Below are positions 25,720-39,198 of a DNA stretch of 64,000 nucleotides, piece by piece. The translations under genes and the position numbers were made by a program. Every line of letters starts with the position of its first letter. Positions within the stretch are counted from its first letter, which is position 1. The notes beneath the pieces were generated by a model. It did no database searches. It was not told the DNA's origin and was given only the letters and a program-made list of their open reading frames with translations. This stretch comes from Lama glama. Taxonomy: Eukaryota. The DNA lies in contig CM052817.1 of NCBI GenBank assembly GCA_028534125.1, positions 70,186,001-70,250,000 of the forward strand. Direction: 5' to 3'.

Positions 25720-27130
25720 CAAGAGACCTAGGTTTTAGTTCTGGTTCTGCTACTAACTAACTGGTCTTGGGCAAGTCACTTAACTTTTCAGGGCCTTCGT
25801 TTTTTTCATCTTTAAAATGAAAAACTTAGCTTGATCTCTCCCACCAGTTCATATCCATAAAATTTAATGAGCTTTGATTTAGCCTCTGAAAAGTGCCCAG
25901 TAAATTTCATCCTTTCTATACATGTTTACTGAACACCTTTCCTTGACTAGATACTAGGCTGGGCACTAGTAGTACAGAGTCACATCCCCCTGTCCTTTCC
26001 CAAGGAGCCAGCATTTAGATGGGAGATAAATGTGTAACCACATCGAGAGGGACACAGTTTAACAGCCAAGAGTATAGATCCCAGCTCAGACATTTCCTGT
26101 ACTTATGACCCTGGACACGTTTCTTAACCTGTCTGGGCCTCAGAGTTCTCATCTTCCAATGGTATCCATCTTATATGGATCTGAGAATTAAATGAGTTAA
26201 TAAATAAATAGAAATCATTAAAGCAGTTTCTGGGCAGTATAGACAAGTGAGTTCTAATAGGGTGCTATCTGAGGGGGATTCTCAGCTCTCATTTAAATCA
26301 GAGCAGCTCTCTTGAAAGGCTTTATAAATTAGGAATCTTTGTAATATTTCATTTGAAGAAAGGGTTAATAGGAGAATATTTTCTTAACTAAGATTATGTC
26401 TAATCCCAGACAGACTGGATCATATCTGGCTACAGTCTGTACCTATTAAAGAACCACTGTTAAGTATGGAACTGTCCTGAAAGACAGAGGTAGTTAATCA
26501 TCATCTTGTTTGAGAATCACCCTGCTGAGCAGAGCAATGGAAAGCATTGTGCCCACTCCTTATTTATAAAAGGAAGGGACAGGGGTGAAGTGACTCACCC
26601 AAGATCACAAAGCTTGTTAGGGGAAGACCCTGCTCTGCCCACTCAGTTTGGTTCTTTCTAAACTGCAGTGTCCTGGGGGGAGGTCGCTGAGGGAGTACTT
26701 TGGGTCTGGTATGACATACTGACTTGACTTTTGATTTTTTATTGGTAAATATTTTTGAATGTTGTTTCTAAAAGATAAGGACTTATTTTTTAATAATCAT
26801 AATACCATTATCACACCTAAAAGAACAGTTCACAATAATCCCTTAATGTCATAAAATAGTCAGTGTTCAAATTTTAGATGTTGATGCAGAATTTAAAGTC
26901 AAGCTGAGCAAGTTTGTGTAACCTTTGAAATACGACCTTTCTGGGCCACAAGTTCCTCATCCGTGAACTAGGGACGATTGCAGTATCATCAGGGTTGGTG
27001 TGAGTATCATGTTTGTAAAGTCCGAATGCAGCACGTGCTCAACATTTAATGAACCACTGTTGAGATGGTGGGAGAACGAGTGGCTGGCACATGGTAGATA
27101 CTTGATATATCTTAGCTGTTATTATGAAAC
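25720..27130. mobile_element. Cluster of MIR and L2 fragments
   Basis: MIR cores at ~25765 (cttgggcaagtcacttaac), ~26110, ~26590 (aagtgactcacccaagatcaca) and ~26940. L2-like stretch at ~25915-26040. Confidence 0.65.
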
Positions 27131-27904
27131 AATTATAATACGGTATAATAAGTGTTGGGCCCACACAGAGGAGATGGTGCCGAGAGGGTCAGGGAAGAAA
27201 ACACCTCCTAGAAGCGATGACAGATGGACAAGGCCAATAGGATGGGGAAGGGGTGCTCCAGATGGAGGCAGAAGTGAACTGAGGGGTGGACAAGCCACCA
27301 GCTCCAGGTGCCTTTCTGCAAAGGGTGCAAAAACACCCCTGGAAGAAAACTAGAAAGATGGTGCCATTTAACTGCAGTTCCCCCATGTCACTCTTTGTGG
27401 AATTTTGTGAAGTGTAAAAATGTTTGACTCCTGTTCTGGACATATACCAAAGCTCTAGTTTTCAATTTGAACATATGACAAGAAAAAATATTACGCACAC
27501 TCCCCACTGCTTTTAAGGAGGGTGGGTGTCAGTAATCAGAGAATCTTTCACTTGCTAATCACTAACAAGTTCCTCAGTCTCAGAATAAAGTATGCAGGTT
27601 TAGATAGAGACTCTGGGACAAAGTTACAGTGCTTCTCATAGAAAGGAGGTATGGGAGGTCTACGAAGGGGAAGATAGAGGAAGAAAGCCTGCGTCCTGGA
27701 GGAGAAAGAGAGAGGAGACCCCATCCCCGAGCATGTGAGAACAGGGAGAAGCTCTTTAACTTATTTCTGCCTTAGACTCTTTGGGAGTCTAATGAAGCCA
27801 GTGACCCCTTCTCAGAATTTTTAAAGACATAAAATACGTAGGATTAAAAAAAGAAAGCAATTATAATAGTGCTCAAAATATTTTTTAAAACCACAAATTT
27901 GTTT

Positions 27905-28220
27905 ACCTGAGGGAGGGACAGGTGGAGCACAGGGGACTGGGGGGGCAGTGAAACTACACTGTATGATATTGTAATGGTAGACGCATGTCATTATACACTT
28001 GTCAAATCCACAGAGTGTATAACACCAAGAGTGAATCCTAATGGAAACTATGGGCTTTGGGTGATCATGATGTGTCATTGTAGGTTCATCAGTTCTGAAA
28101 AATGTACCACCTGGTGGGAGATGTTGATGGTAGGGGAGGCTGTATGTGTATATGTGGGGACAGGGTATATGAGAACTCTGTAATTTCTGTTCAGCTTTAC
28201 TATGAACCTAAAAATGCTCT
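27905..28220 (+). mobile_element. L1MC-type 3' end
   Basis: gggcagtgaaactacactgtatgatatt...acaccaagagtgaatcctaatggaaactatgggctttgggtgat...tatgaacctaaaaatgctctaaaa. Confidence 0.85.
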
Positions 28221-28240
28221 AAAAGTAGCCTGTATGTATT

Positions 28241-28332
28241 TTTTAATTTTTTTAATGGAGGTACTGGGGATTGAACCCAGGACCTCGTGTATGCTAAGCA
28301 TGTGCTCTACCACTGAGCTATACCCTCCCCTC
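28241..28332 (-). mobile_element. tRNA-derived SINE, camelid Vic-1-like
   Basis: The reverse complement reads ggggagggtatagctcagtggtagagcacatgcttagcatacacgaggtcctgggttcaatccccagtacctcc plus an A-tail, with Pol III A and B boxes. Imperfect flanking repeat aaaagtagcctgtatgtatt / aaaatagtctgtatattt. Confidence 0.9.
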
Positions 28333-28994
28333 AAAATAGTCTGTATATTTTTTAAACTACATGTGTGATATGGTAATATATATTCCCCACATCTCTGATA
28401 ATCAGGAAAAGAGAGGTGCCCCTGCAGCAGCTGAAGCCGCGCCGTGAGAAGTTGTGGTGACTGAGGAGGAGGGAGTGCCACCTGGAGAATCTTCAAGCCT
28501 ACTAGTTGGTCTTTCATGTTGGTTGCTGGAAAGATGCTCTCCTTCACTGGTTATGAATAACAATTTGTAGTGTGTTTATGGTACTTTCGAACTTCAAAGG
28601 ACTGGGCCAGTCTTATTAACTAATGATGTCTCAGTTCTGCCGTTGCGCTGATTAGGGTAGGACTGCTTTCTTATAAATGTCTCTGATGAGTGTTTCTCCA
28701 CTGTTCCTGAGACCTTACTGAGGTGAATAAAAGGGAGATGTGCCCAAGGACTATAAACCATTGTTTTCCCAGAGGTTGTCTGCTATTCAAATAGAAAGAC
28801 TACTCTTTAGGCTACTTATGTAACTGAATAGATGAGTGAATCCATTTCTTCCTCACTGAGACCAGAATCTCTCTCAAGACAATGTTCTTGGTAGCCATTA
28901 CTAAACAAAAAAAGTAGGTTCTCCAGATGAAATATATTTGCCTGGACTATACTTTTGATATAATATTGCTGTTACTTAACCTTTCATTGACCTC

Positions 28995-29845
28995 CATCCT
29001 ACTGGATAAAGCCTAGACGTCTCATTAAGACATTCAAGGCTTCCCCTGAACTCATCCCAGCCCATCTCTCCACTGCCGTGTTCTTCCTCAAAGCCAGCCT
29101 CTATACTCCACCTCCTCCCAAACACAGACTCATCTCTCACATACTGTTTATTTTGCTCAGGTCAGTCCTTTTGCCTGGAAAGCTCTTGCCCTTGTTTTGT
29201 GTCATTCCTTGTACTCCAGACACGTATTTCTCACCGGTCAACCCTTCTTGAAGCCTTCCCAGTGGCATCACTCCCTTGTCTCACTTTGCCTTTGAGCTGT
29301 AGTTACTTATGTACTTTGTGTTCTCAGGTAGATTGTGAGCCCCCGAAGAGCAGAGACCACATTTTCTAGTCCACTCTAGCACTAGCTCCGTGCCGTGCAT
29401 GTTGAAGGCATTCAAAAAATGCCCATGTGAATGAATGGATTGTCCCCCATTATTCATCTTTGAATTTCTCAATGAACTGTGCTTATGATTCACAAAGACT
29501 AAGGGAGATCAATTCTGTGTGACTGAGCAATTTGTTACTCTATACATGTAAGTTCCTTCACAAGCTATCTATCCCTCACTCCCAGTTGCAACTTTCCCCA
29601 AACCCTGGTGTAATTTTCACATTGCCATGTCTTTATTAACTTGGACCTTCCTTCTGATATGTCCTTCCTCCTTATCTGTCTAGCAAACTCCTAGTCATCC
29701 TTCAAAGCCCAGATCAAATGTCTCCTGAACTCCATAGGCTTTCTCATCACACCAGGGCAAGATGAATTGCTCCCACATCTGCTCTTCATCAACACTTAAA
29801 ACAATAACAGGTGCATAGTAGGTCCTCAATAACTAGTTGTTAAAA
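28995..29845 (+). mobile_element. L2 fragments
   Basis: tgcctggaaagctctt..., agattgtgagccc...gcagagacc, and the tail tgaatgaatg. Second fragment at ~29590-29845. Confidence 0.75.
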
Positions 29846-30044
29846 CTGAACTACTTGCTTCTAACTCTTTGTTCATGATGCAGTCTCAGAGGGAAATCCA
29901 CTGGTCAGCAACTCAGGCTTTCACATCAGTCTTGAAGCAGAGAGCCGTTGGTGAGTAAATAGGGTGTGAATAGGATTGAGGGGCTGATGCTCTTGAAGTG
30001 TTTTTTCTCTGTGTATAGTGCTATGTCTGCAAATGGTTAAAACA

Positions 30045-30108
30045 GGAAGGAACGAAGGAAGGAAGGAAGCAAAGGGGGAGGGAGAAAGGAAGGAAAGGAG
30101 GAAGGGGA
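30045..30108. repeat. Degenerate (GGAA)n purine tract
   Basis: Directly visible. Confidence 0.85.
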
Positions 30109-31337
30109 CTTGTGAGAATAAGAACCAAATTATTTAAGTCTGTAATCTGAGCACAGTTCAAGATATATGCCCTTACTGTTAAAGCTTAATGCCGGAATGT
30201 CATAGACCAAGCTCATAATTTAGTTTATGGCTGATCTTTATAGTAATAAAAAAAATCTAGAAAGAAACTGCCTGGCACCATTTGCTGAAGACGTTTTTTA
30301 ATACTGTCAAATGATTCATAATTATAAAGCATAAGTGTACCGTGTTTGCTCTGTAGTGGTTATGCTGAGACTCATTAAGCACTTTCTGCATCCAAGAGTC
30401 CTGTTTTATGTAAACAAGACCTCTGAGGAAGATATAGATGGGTAATAAAGATGAAAGGAAATGAAGTATATTAACGTGAGGACAAATTAATAACGGCCCT
30501 TCCATCCTCTACCAGGAAAATCGTCACTGTGGGATAACTGCACTTTTCAAGGCAAAAGGGGAACAAAAATCCAGACAAAACAACAGACAGAAGAAAGATG
30601 AAATCAGATAGGGTTCCAGGGTCAAACTGCTTTCTGAAGATAGTCTGCACTTTGGGAAGCTGTTGTCTGTGTGCCCAGCCAGGTCTCTGATGGCACCGGC
30701 AGAGGCTTTTTACTTGGCCACAAATGAAACCATCTTCAGTGCCTTGTAATGGTCACTGGGGCAGGTAGAAGCTATGTTACGGATCGGGAGAGGAAGTAAG
30801 AGGGAGGTAGGAGAATGTGAGTGGTGAGATGGCAGGGAAATGAAAAAAAGAAAGGAAGAGAGAATCAACAGAATCACCGTCATTTCTCTTCACATAAAAT
30901 AGTGGGAGCCTGTGTGTTGTTGAGATTTGATTGAAATGAATGTAGCGTTGATGAAACAAAGCTGAGCTAACACAGGTGGAGCTGTTTTCATATCAGCAAT
31001 TGACTGTCTGAATTCCTAGACAAGTAAGTCAGCTGAACTGTTTCTGATTGACCAGAGCCCATGCAGTTCACTGCAATGTGCAGCGTGTAACACAACAGAG
31101 CTACCTGTGGGGCCCCCGGATCCTACCTGGCTCAAGCTGACTTGTCCAAAGTTGGCAATAGGACAGCTCCAAAGGGCCTCCTCTGTGTCACTGAATTCCA
31201 GAAAGTGCCCCCCACCCCAAAGATGACCTGTTCTCCTAATCTTCAGGCCTTGGTGCAGCCCTGGCCTAGGGTGACTTGCTGCCTACTGATCTTGCAAAGA
31301 GTCTTCAGATTAGCACGGGCTGAAGAATGGCCCTGAC

Positions 31338-31470
31338 CAGAGTCTGGAGCAAGATGAGGCCAGCGAGATACCGAGGGCCTAAACTTTACGGAGGCACCAG
31401 TCTCAGGGGCCCCACCTGCACTTGCACAACCTTGAGAACAAGCACCTTCCTAAGTTTTGTACCCAGGAGC
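31338..31470. mobile_element. MER96-like palindromic hAT MITE
   Basis: aaactttacggaggcacc...tctcaggggccccacctgcacttgcacaaccttgaga...cttcctaagttttg is internally inverted and matches the recalled MER96. Confidence 0.65.
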
Positions 31471-31724
31471 TCTGGAGAGAGATCAGTGTTTTGTATTAGT
31501 TTTTAAAACCTCACAGCCAGGTCTCTCATTCAGCTTCATTGCTCTTCTCACGTCTGTGTACCTCAGCTGAAGTCTTTCTTTTTACTGGTTAAAGAAGCTG
31601 AAGACCAGAAACCATGCTAAGTATTTTACAGCATTTGGCGACAGGGCCACCCTGCTTCAACATGTTGCTCAGAGAGGCTCGGACTAACGCAGAGGCTGAG
31701 AACCATTGGAGCCTTCCTGACTCA

Positions 31725-31880
31725 CCCATGACCAGAATGACTCCAGGGACTTGGGGCTCCATTCCGGGCCACCTTAGGAGGGCCCCAGGCTTGGTTTAAT
31801 GTCACAGCCTTGAAGTTCTGAATAATTTTTAAGAAGGGGCCCTGCAATTTTATTTGCAGTGAGTCCCAGCTGGTCCTGGC
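31725..31880 (+). mobile_element. MER45A-like hAT MITE
   Basis: agggccccaggcttggtttaatg...ttgaagttctgaataattttt...aaggggccctgcaatttt...ggtcctg. Confidence 0.75.
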
Positions 31881-31939
31881 TCCACTTAAAGAATAGATAA
31901 AAAAATATCTGGTGTGTCAGACCCTCCCCACCCCTGTAA

Positions 31940-32510
31940 AGCCCTCGCTGACCATTCTTGGAGTAGATATAATTCCTTAAAATAGCCTACACACCCCTGC
32001 TTCTTTGGACTTCAGCGCACCTCTCTGGCCCTGTGTTGTGGCACATCTTTCCTACTATCCACACTCTGGCCTTATTGCAGTCCTCAACTACATTGCATTC
32101 CTCTGGCTGCAGAGCCTTTGCACTGGCTGTTTCTTCTGCCTGGAATACCCTTTCTGAGCCCCACTCCCAGCCCCAAATCTGGCCCCTACTGCTGGCTCTT
32201 CAGTTCTAAGCACAGACCTTAATTCCTCGGGGAAGCTTCCCTTGACCCACCAGGTTGGACTGAGCTTGTGGTACACTCTGCACATTGCAGTGAACTGTGT
32301 GGGCCCTGGCCAATCAGAAACATTCTCACAGTTCTCTCCTTCAGCATTGATCACGACTTGTAATATAATCTATGTATGATCATCTGATGAATGTCTCTAT
32401 TTCCATGTGATTCCATGTTAGGCAGGGAAGTTGTTTTGTTCATTCACTTTTGCAGGTTCGAGGCCTGGCACAGTGCCATGTTCTTAGCAGGCACTCAGTG
32501 AAACAGCTGT
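31940..32510 (+). mobile_element. L2 3' region
   Basis: agcctttgcactggctgtttcttctgcctggaatacc...cctggcacagtgcc...agcaggcactcagt. Confidence 0.8.
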
Positions 32511-33769
32511 GAAATCCTGTCTGGGGATGTGTGTTGGGGGAAGTGGGGAGAAGGTGGAGGTGGGAGTTGGGCTGGGACAGCCTCTGGAAGGAACTGGAGC
32601 AAAGCTGGGTGCCTTTTGGCTATGCCTTCCAGACTCACACAGCTGATGCCCCTGATCTGAAGCCAGCTCAGCTCCAGACTAGCCTTTGGTGAAGGCAGAC
32701 GGTGAATGAACAAAGCTTAATCACACTGAATTCAATTCCCTGATGGTCAACCTTGCGATCTCAATAATTAGAGAAAAATATACTGTGTTAGGCATTTCTA
32801 ATGAGCACAAGGGTTTTCAGTTTGCAGTGTGGTCTGTTAAGTATTTTAATAGTTTGGGTTTTCATCTCATCCCTTCCTCTTTTATTTAGTGGTACACTTC
32901 CCTTTGGTGGTTTTATTCCCTTTGATAGACTTGTAAAAGCATTATTTTTTTCCTAACTCTCTAGTGTAGCTCATTTTGTCTCTTTGCTTCCTTTATCTTT
33001 TCTTTTGCAAGCCACTGGCAGTCATGTGCTCTTCTTTGATTTTCTTCTATGGTTCCACATTCCTGTATTGTAAATTTTTTACTTGTGATCTTTGAAATAG
33101 CCTCCACAAGGTCAAAGTGACTGCTACTCGTTTCTTTATTTGGAAAAAGAAAGTCAAGAGTCTCTCTTGGCTGCAGGACACCCAACTTTTTTTCAGCGCC
33201 CCACTCCCATCCCCATCCCCAACATCTTATTCGCTCAGGTCCTCTGTGCTCCTTGCTTTGCTTCCAGAAGATTGTGTTACTTTCCATTACTTCCCTCTGT
33301 GACAGAGACTCAGGACATGTTTTGGTTCTTTTGTTTTTTAATTCTTTTTTATTTTCTTACAAGAGAAAAAAGAAGAGAAATCGTAACTTTTTTGAGCAAC
33401 TAAAAAAAGAATTTTATCATCAAAATGTCAAGGCTTCTCCAAGAATCCATTTTCCATAAGCTTGCCACCCATCAACTGTTAGTATCACTGAAATCCTCAG
33501 TGACGGTGACAAAGGACTGTTCTCTTTCCTCATCCCCACCAAGTCCCTGACACCTTCGGATAGCCAGGAATACGGGCAATGACATAACAAATCTGATGAT
33601 TAATCTATTTTGATCCAGATCTTAGCTAAATGATAGGTAAACGATGGTTTAGGGAAAAATGAAAATTTAGTGGAAACACCTGGTTTTGGATGACTTCGGA
33701 TCTGGATAAAGGGTTGGGCCCATATTGGTCTAATTTGGAGTCCAAGGTATTTAGCCACTCCCCAAGGTG

Positions 33770-34030
33770 GTGAAATGCTTCTTTTTGCTTTCTCTGATAC
33801 GATGTCGTTTGAGGAGGGACCCAAAGGAAGTAAGGTTGGAGCCCTGCAGATGTCTTGGGGATAGAGTGTGCCAGGCAGACGGATCAGGGAGTGCTAAGGC
33901 CCTAGGATGGAATGCCCTTGATGTGGTCACGGAATTCGAGAGCAGTTTGACTGGAGAGGAGAGGCTGATGAGAACGGTGCTAGGAAGTGAAGTCGGGATG
34001 GAGCCTTGGGCCATGGTAAGGATTGCTGCG
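33770..34030 (-). mobile_element. L2 fragment
   Basis: Purine-rich; gtgccaggcag...gtgctaaggccctagga...gagccttgggccatggtaagga. Confidence 0.55.
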
Positions 34031-35209
34031 AGGATTATATGGAGTGACTCATACGCACTGCTTGGTGCACAGTCAGTGCCCAGTGAAGTCGCTGTCATCA
34101 TCTTCATCATCATCCCTCTGTGACTGTGTCCTGTTTGGTTTTATATTCTTTGCATCTAACACAAGCCCGGGTATATAATACACACTCAATACTAGTTTAT
34201 TGAACTAAACATAGACATTCTTAGTTCCTTCATTGTTGTGTGTGTGGTTTTTGTTTTGTTTTCAAGTGCGGCAAACTGAAACCACTGCCTGCACTCGTTT
34301 CAGAGGTCAACGAGCTCTCGGAGAAGAACGAACCACCCGTGTTTAACTGATCGTTTGTGCTGGGTTGTGCTGGAGGCTTGAGATGTGATCTACCACAAAC
34401 TTGCCCCTATTTCTGTACAAGACCACCACCACTCTACATATTGTGTAGTCAGCGCCCCTCATGGAATTACTTTGTAATGCTCTTGTAGTCTGACTCCTGG
34501 GGCCTAACGTAGGACCTCTTCATGTTATTTATTTTCCTTCACAAATTTAGTTGTCATTTTCAAATTCACCTTCATCAAACATTGTCTCTGATCTCTGCTA
34601 GGAGGATGTGCTAAGGCCGCCAGTTTCTGCAAAGAGAGGGACAGTCCTGTCCTAAGTGCTTCAAGAACCAGTAAACATCATATACTGTACACACTTATGT
34701 AGAAGGTGGCCCCCAATATAAGTTGATCTCATATTTTGGGCTGTCTTGAATATATAAACTTTTAAGCCATTTTTTTGGCTAATTTGAATATATAAACTTT
34801 GGGGTTATAATTAAAACAGGCAATTTGCCTACTTATAATTTATTAATTTAGATGCATACGTATTTTAAATTACATGCATAAAATACTAATTTAGAAATAA
34901 TGCTTTTTTTCACTTACACATTTCATGAAACAGCTTTATTCTGGTTCTTTGTGGTCAGCTTTGACTTTAGTTTTGTTTTCTTCATAGAGTCATCTTTTGA
35001 TTCCTCAAATACAGTTTTCAAAGCATATCATCTTCGGTCAGTTTTAAAATTCAGGACTGATGCTGTCGTTGTAAATTTTATTTTAAGCCATAAGTACCAA
35101 TTGATTTAATAATGTTTTTTTCCCACAGTCTTTTCAAAGATATGTATTTGTGATCTTACAAAGCAATCATTTAAAGTGTGCTTTAAGAATCTTGTTCAAA
35201 ATAAAATTG

Positions 35210-35990
35210 ACCACCTCACACTCATCAAGATGGCTACTATTTAAAAAAAAGCATAAAATAACAAATGTTGGAGAAGATGTGGAGAAATTGGAACCCTTGT
35301 GCACTGTTGGTGGGAATACAAAATGGTATAGATGATGTGGAAAATAGCCTGGCAGTTCTTCAAAAAATTAAAAATAAAATTACCATATCATTCAGCAGTT
35401 CTACTCCTAGGTGTATATATATATATATATACACAAAACCTTTGAAAGCAGAATCGCAAAGAGAAATTCGTACATCCATGTTCACAGCAGCATTATTCAC
35501 AACAGCCAAAAGGTGGAAGCAATCCAAATGTCCATTGATGGATACATGGATAAACAAAATGTGGTATATACATACAATGGAATATTATTGTGTCTTAAAA
35601 TAGAAGGAAGTTCTGACACATACTATAATGAATGAACCTTGAGGGCATTATGCTAAGTGAAATAGACCAGTCACAAAAGGACAAATACTGTGTGATTCCA
35701 CCTATATGAGGTACTTAGAATAATGAAATTCATAGAGATAGAAAGAATGGTGGTTGCCAGGGGCTTGGGGAAAGGGGGAATGAGAAGTTATGATTTAAAT
35801 GGTTACAGGGTTTCCATTTTACAAGATGAAAATTGTTCTGGAGACAGATGGTAGTGATGATTGCACAGCAATGTGAATGTGCTTTATGCCACTGAACTGT
35901 GCACTTATAATGGTTATGATGGTAAATTTTATGTTATGGATATTTCACCACAATTAAATAAATGAGAATTAAATGAAATGAAACAAAGTA
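35210..35990 (+). mobile_element. L1MB-type 3' end with ORF2 C-terminal remnant
   Basis: Translations [18 protein letters not shown] and MFTAALFTTAKRWKQSKCP...WINKMWYIHTMEYY (frameshifted). The 3'UTR contains gttctggagacagatggtagtgatg...ccactgaactgt. Confidence 0.93.
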
Positions 35991-36308
35991 AAATTGCACA
36001 TTTATGATTGTGAGATCAACTTCTTTGGAATAATTACTAGATCTGTATTAATAATTTTTTTATTAAAAAAAAAACTGATTCTGCCAGGTAACCACAAAAA
36101 ACACCCAAAGTAGGCATTGTTTGGAGGTCAGTTCAGGCAAATATGTTTTTCCCTCAAAATATTCTGTTGTTCAAAATAATTAAAGATGCCCCTAAAATTG
36201 AGAGAATTTTCAATGATTTGAGTAAACTCTTGCTTTTTAGAAGAATACTTTTTTGAACAAATAAAAATATTTCATATTATAATTGGGTCTGTATGGTAAA
36301 TAGAAAGA

Positions 36309-36387
36309 TATATGTGAACCATACAAAATTGCCTCTACTTAACTGTTTTTGAACTAACAAAATGTTAGGTTCATATGTTCAGCCTAA
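36309..36387. mobile_element. MADE2-like mariner MITE (~80 bp)
   Basis: Degenerate inverted termini tgaaccatacaaaattgcc ... ttcatatgttcagccta match the recalled MADE2. Confidence 0.7.
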
Positions 36388-36929
36388 GCCAATTATTTTT
36401 CTCTGGCATCATAAATTAGAAAATGCATTTAAGTATAGTACCAGTCTTGGATATTTATTTCATGGTTCAAAGCTTAAATCTCTATAGCCAGATTATAAAT
36501 TGCTTTTGATTATAAACTAAGATCTCTAAAATATCCCTGCATAGTCCCTGGAAAAAGCAACTGAAGCTCAAACTTTGTTAATATCTTTAAAATAAAAAGA
36601 AATTATATCAGAGTGTATCTGATAGGTAGAATTTGATATAGATTAAAAAGTTGTTTTAAAATATATCTCCTTTGACCAAGGAGTGAAAATTAGAAGACTG
36701 ACTTAATATTTTGAACATTAATTCTTTGAAAAGGGCTCCCACCTGAGGATTTTTCTTTCTTTCTCTCTTTCCCTTCTGCCTGTGACTCAAGGACATAAAG
36801 TGGGAGAATGTGGTGCCAAGTGCCCAGCGTAGAAAAACCATTTGCACCTCCTCTGGTGGATAGATCTTGTCCATGGATGAATAAGCACCTCCATTTTCAC
36901 ACTATTTTTAAAATCTTTTTGGAAAAAAA

Positions 36930-37600
36930 AAAAGTTGAACCTATAGAAAACTTGAAAGAAGAGTACTTTCCCTGAACTCACCAACTGTTCACATACTCTC
37001 TCTGTATATAATACACACACACATTTCTATATATGCATATATTCTATGAATGTATATACAGACATATGTATATAAACATTTCTCTTTTATATATAAACAT
37101 TTATTTCCAGACCACTTTAAGGTAAGTTGCAGGTATTATGACCTCTCACCCCTAAATACATGAACACATATCCCCTAAGAACAAAGACATTCTCCTATGT
37201 TACCAGAATACCATTATCACAGAAAACTAATAAAATATTGCTATAATAATACTATCTAATATATAGTCCATCTTAAAGTTTACCCAATTAAAACTACTCT
37301 TTATAACTCTTTTTAAAAATCTAGGATCCTCTCAAATATCATTCATTACATTTAGTGGTCATATCTCTTCAGTTAACTTTCATCTAGAACAGTTCCCCAT
37401 CCCCACCTTTGAATTTTTTTTCCTCTCATGGCAATGACGTTGTGAGGGTCTAGGCCAACAGTTTGGACTTGGCACACTAATAGACCCAGGTGAAACTTTT
37501 TGGTAAGAATATGACACAGGTGACAATGTCTTCCTTTGCATCACATCAGGAGGCTCTTAATGGCAGTTTGGTGTTAAGCTTGATCACTTGTTTAAGGTGT
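36930..37600 (-). mobile_element. L1MC4-like 3' end
   Basis: gtaagttgcagg...cccctaaatac...cctaagaacaaagacattctccta...gcatcacatcaggaggc. Confidence 0.75.
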
Positions 37601-37714
37601 TTTGTGTTGATTCTTGTCAACTTTAGTTTTTGAAAGTGTTTTCTGTCTTTGTCAACAAAATCTGTGAAACAAGTTTGTAGCATCTGACTGCAGAGAAAAA
37701 TCTTAGTTTAAAAA

Positions 37715-37865
37715 AATTTTTTTTTTCTAATTTTCTTTTTGGTCAGGGGGTAGGTAATTATATTTATTTGTTTAGTTAGTTTTTTGATGGAGGTACTGGG
37801 AATTGAACCCAGGACCTTGGGCATGCTAAGCATGCACTCTACTGTTTGAGCTATACCCTCCCCTC
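37715..37865 (-). mobile_element. tRNA-derived SINE, camelid Vic-1-like (longer-tailed copy)
   Basis: ggaggtactgggaattgaacccaggaccttgggcatgctaagcatgcactctactgtttgagctataccctcccc is preceded by gggggtaggtaatta and T runs. It is homologous to the 28.3 kb copy. Confidence 0.9.
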
Positions 37866-39198
37866 AAGCTTTGAGTATCTCATATGCCAAACTATTATTG
37901 GCTTGTGTCAAACAGGTTTGTTTTATTTACTTTTCAACTAATGAATGATGAATTCCCAATTTACTGGTGACTTTAGTCATATGTGACTCTCTAAAAGATT
38001 GAAGGCCCCTTAGGAAGGCTATAACAATTGAAAGACTTGTCCCAACTGCCTGGCAAACTGAAAGAATGCTTGGAGATCTCTCACCATCTCTGTCTCTCTC
38101 TGTCTCTGTTCTCTCTTTCTGATTCCTTTTATTAAGACCATCTTATCTTATTTACCTATAGGTTGCATTAGCTTCAACTCATTCAGTAAAATATAGACAT
38201 GCAGAAGAAAGAACTTGTAGAGAAACGTTTAAACTCAGTCTTTTTTCACCATATTTTTAGCTGGTGAATATTTTGTATCTTTGACAGAATTTTCTGTCCA
38301 CTTCCTAAGAATTTTGTCAAAATAACTTTTTTTGCCAATATAAGCCCCTGGAGCAATCCACTATCCATTGCTTTGTGCTCTGGGGAACAGCTGACCTTGG
38401 TTAGAAATGAATTTATTACTTCCTGTTTCCTTTACATCTCCTACTTCCCTCCCCACCTCCTGCTCCAATAATGACACATAAAGTTAATGAGCACTAGTGA
38501 TTAAGAGGGCCATTTTAGAACAGGCAAGTTGGGTATTGAATGTCCTTGACCTAAACTTTACTTGGAGAAAGGATAGCTGAATAATTAGAAAATAGGATTC
38601 TAAATCAGAAGCCGAGGGTGTCTTTTCTGCCAGTAATTCGTGTAGCTTTGGCTGGATATCTTTACTTCTCTATTTTTATTTTGTCCATCAGCTAAATAGG
38701 ACTTACAGTAATTTCTCATTAAGAGTTTTTGAATGTCCCGATGAAAGCCACAATATGGTAGCAATATAACTTCTAATTTTAACATAACTAGTCAGTGTGA
38801 CTATTTCTATTAATTATAAAATCTAATATATGTTCCTTAGCTCACTTTTATACTTTTACCTCCTTAAATAAAAAAGGTCACCAGTTAAATCTTTTTAAAT
38901 AAATAGCTTAAAATAAGAATTTAAACTACTTTATTTCTAATTTTTATATAGTGTTTGATTTTATCTTCAGAAATTTTTAAAGATAAAAGTAACATCCCAT
39001 TTTAAAGTAATCAAAGGAATACTAGGAAACATAGATAATCAAGAGGAAAAACAAATCGAAATCCATCACCACCAAGGCAGGACCATCGTTAATACCTTAT
39101 TTCTTGCAGAGGGGATCATGTAAAAATATCATTTTACAACCTTTTTTTTCCCATTTATTGATCTATGTTGAACATCTTTCTGGTTCATCCAGAATAAT

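Noticed and set aside
28460..28495. CTCF-like motif agtgccacctggag
   Set aside because: Only a partial match to the consensus; cannot be supported without a PWM score or ChIP data.
28200..28547. ORFs containing GGYSSVVEHMLS / VLGIEPRTS, and a possible tRNA gene
   Set aside because: These are translations of a tRNA-derived SINE with an A-tail and flanking duplication; neither a tRNA gene nor a CDS.
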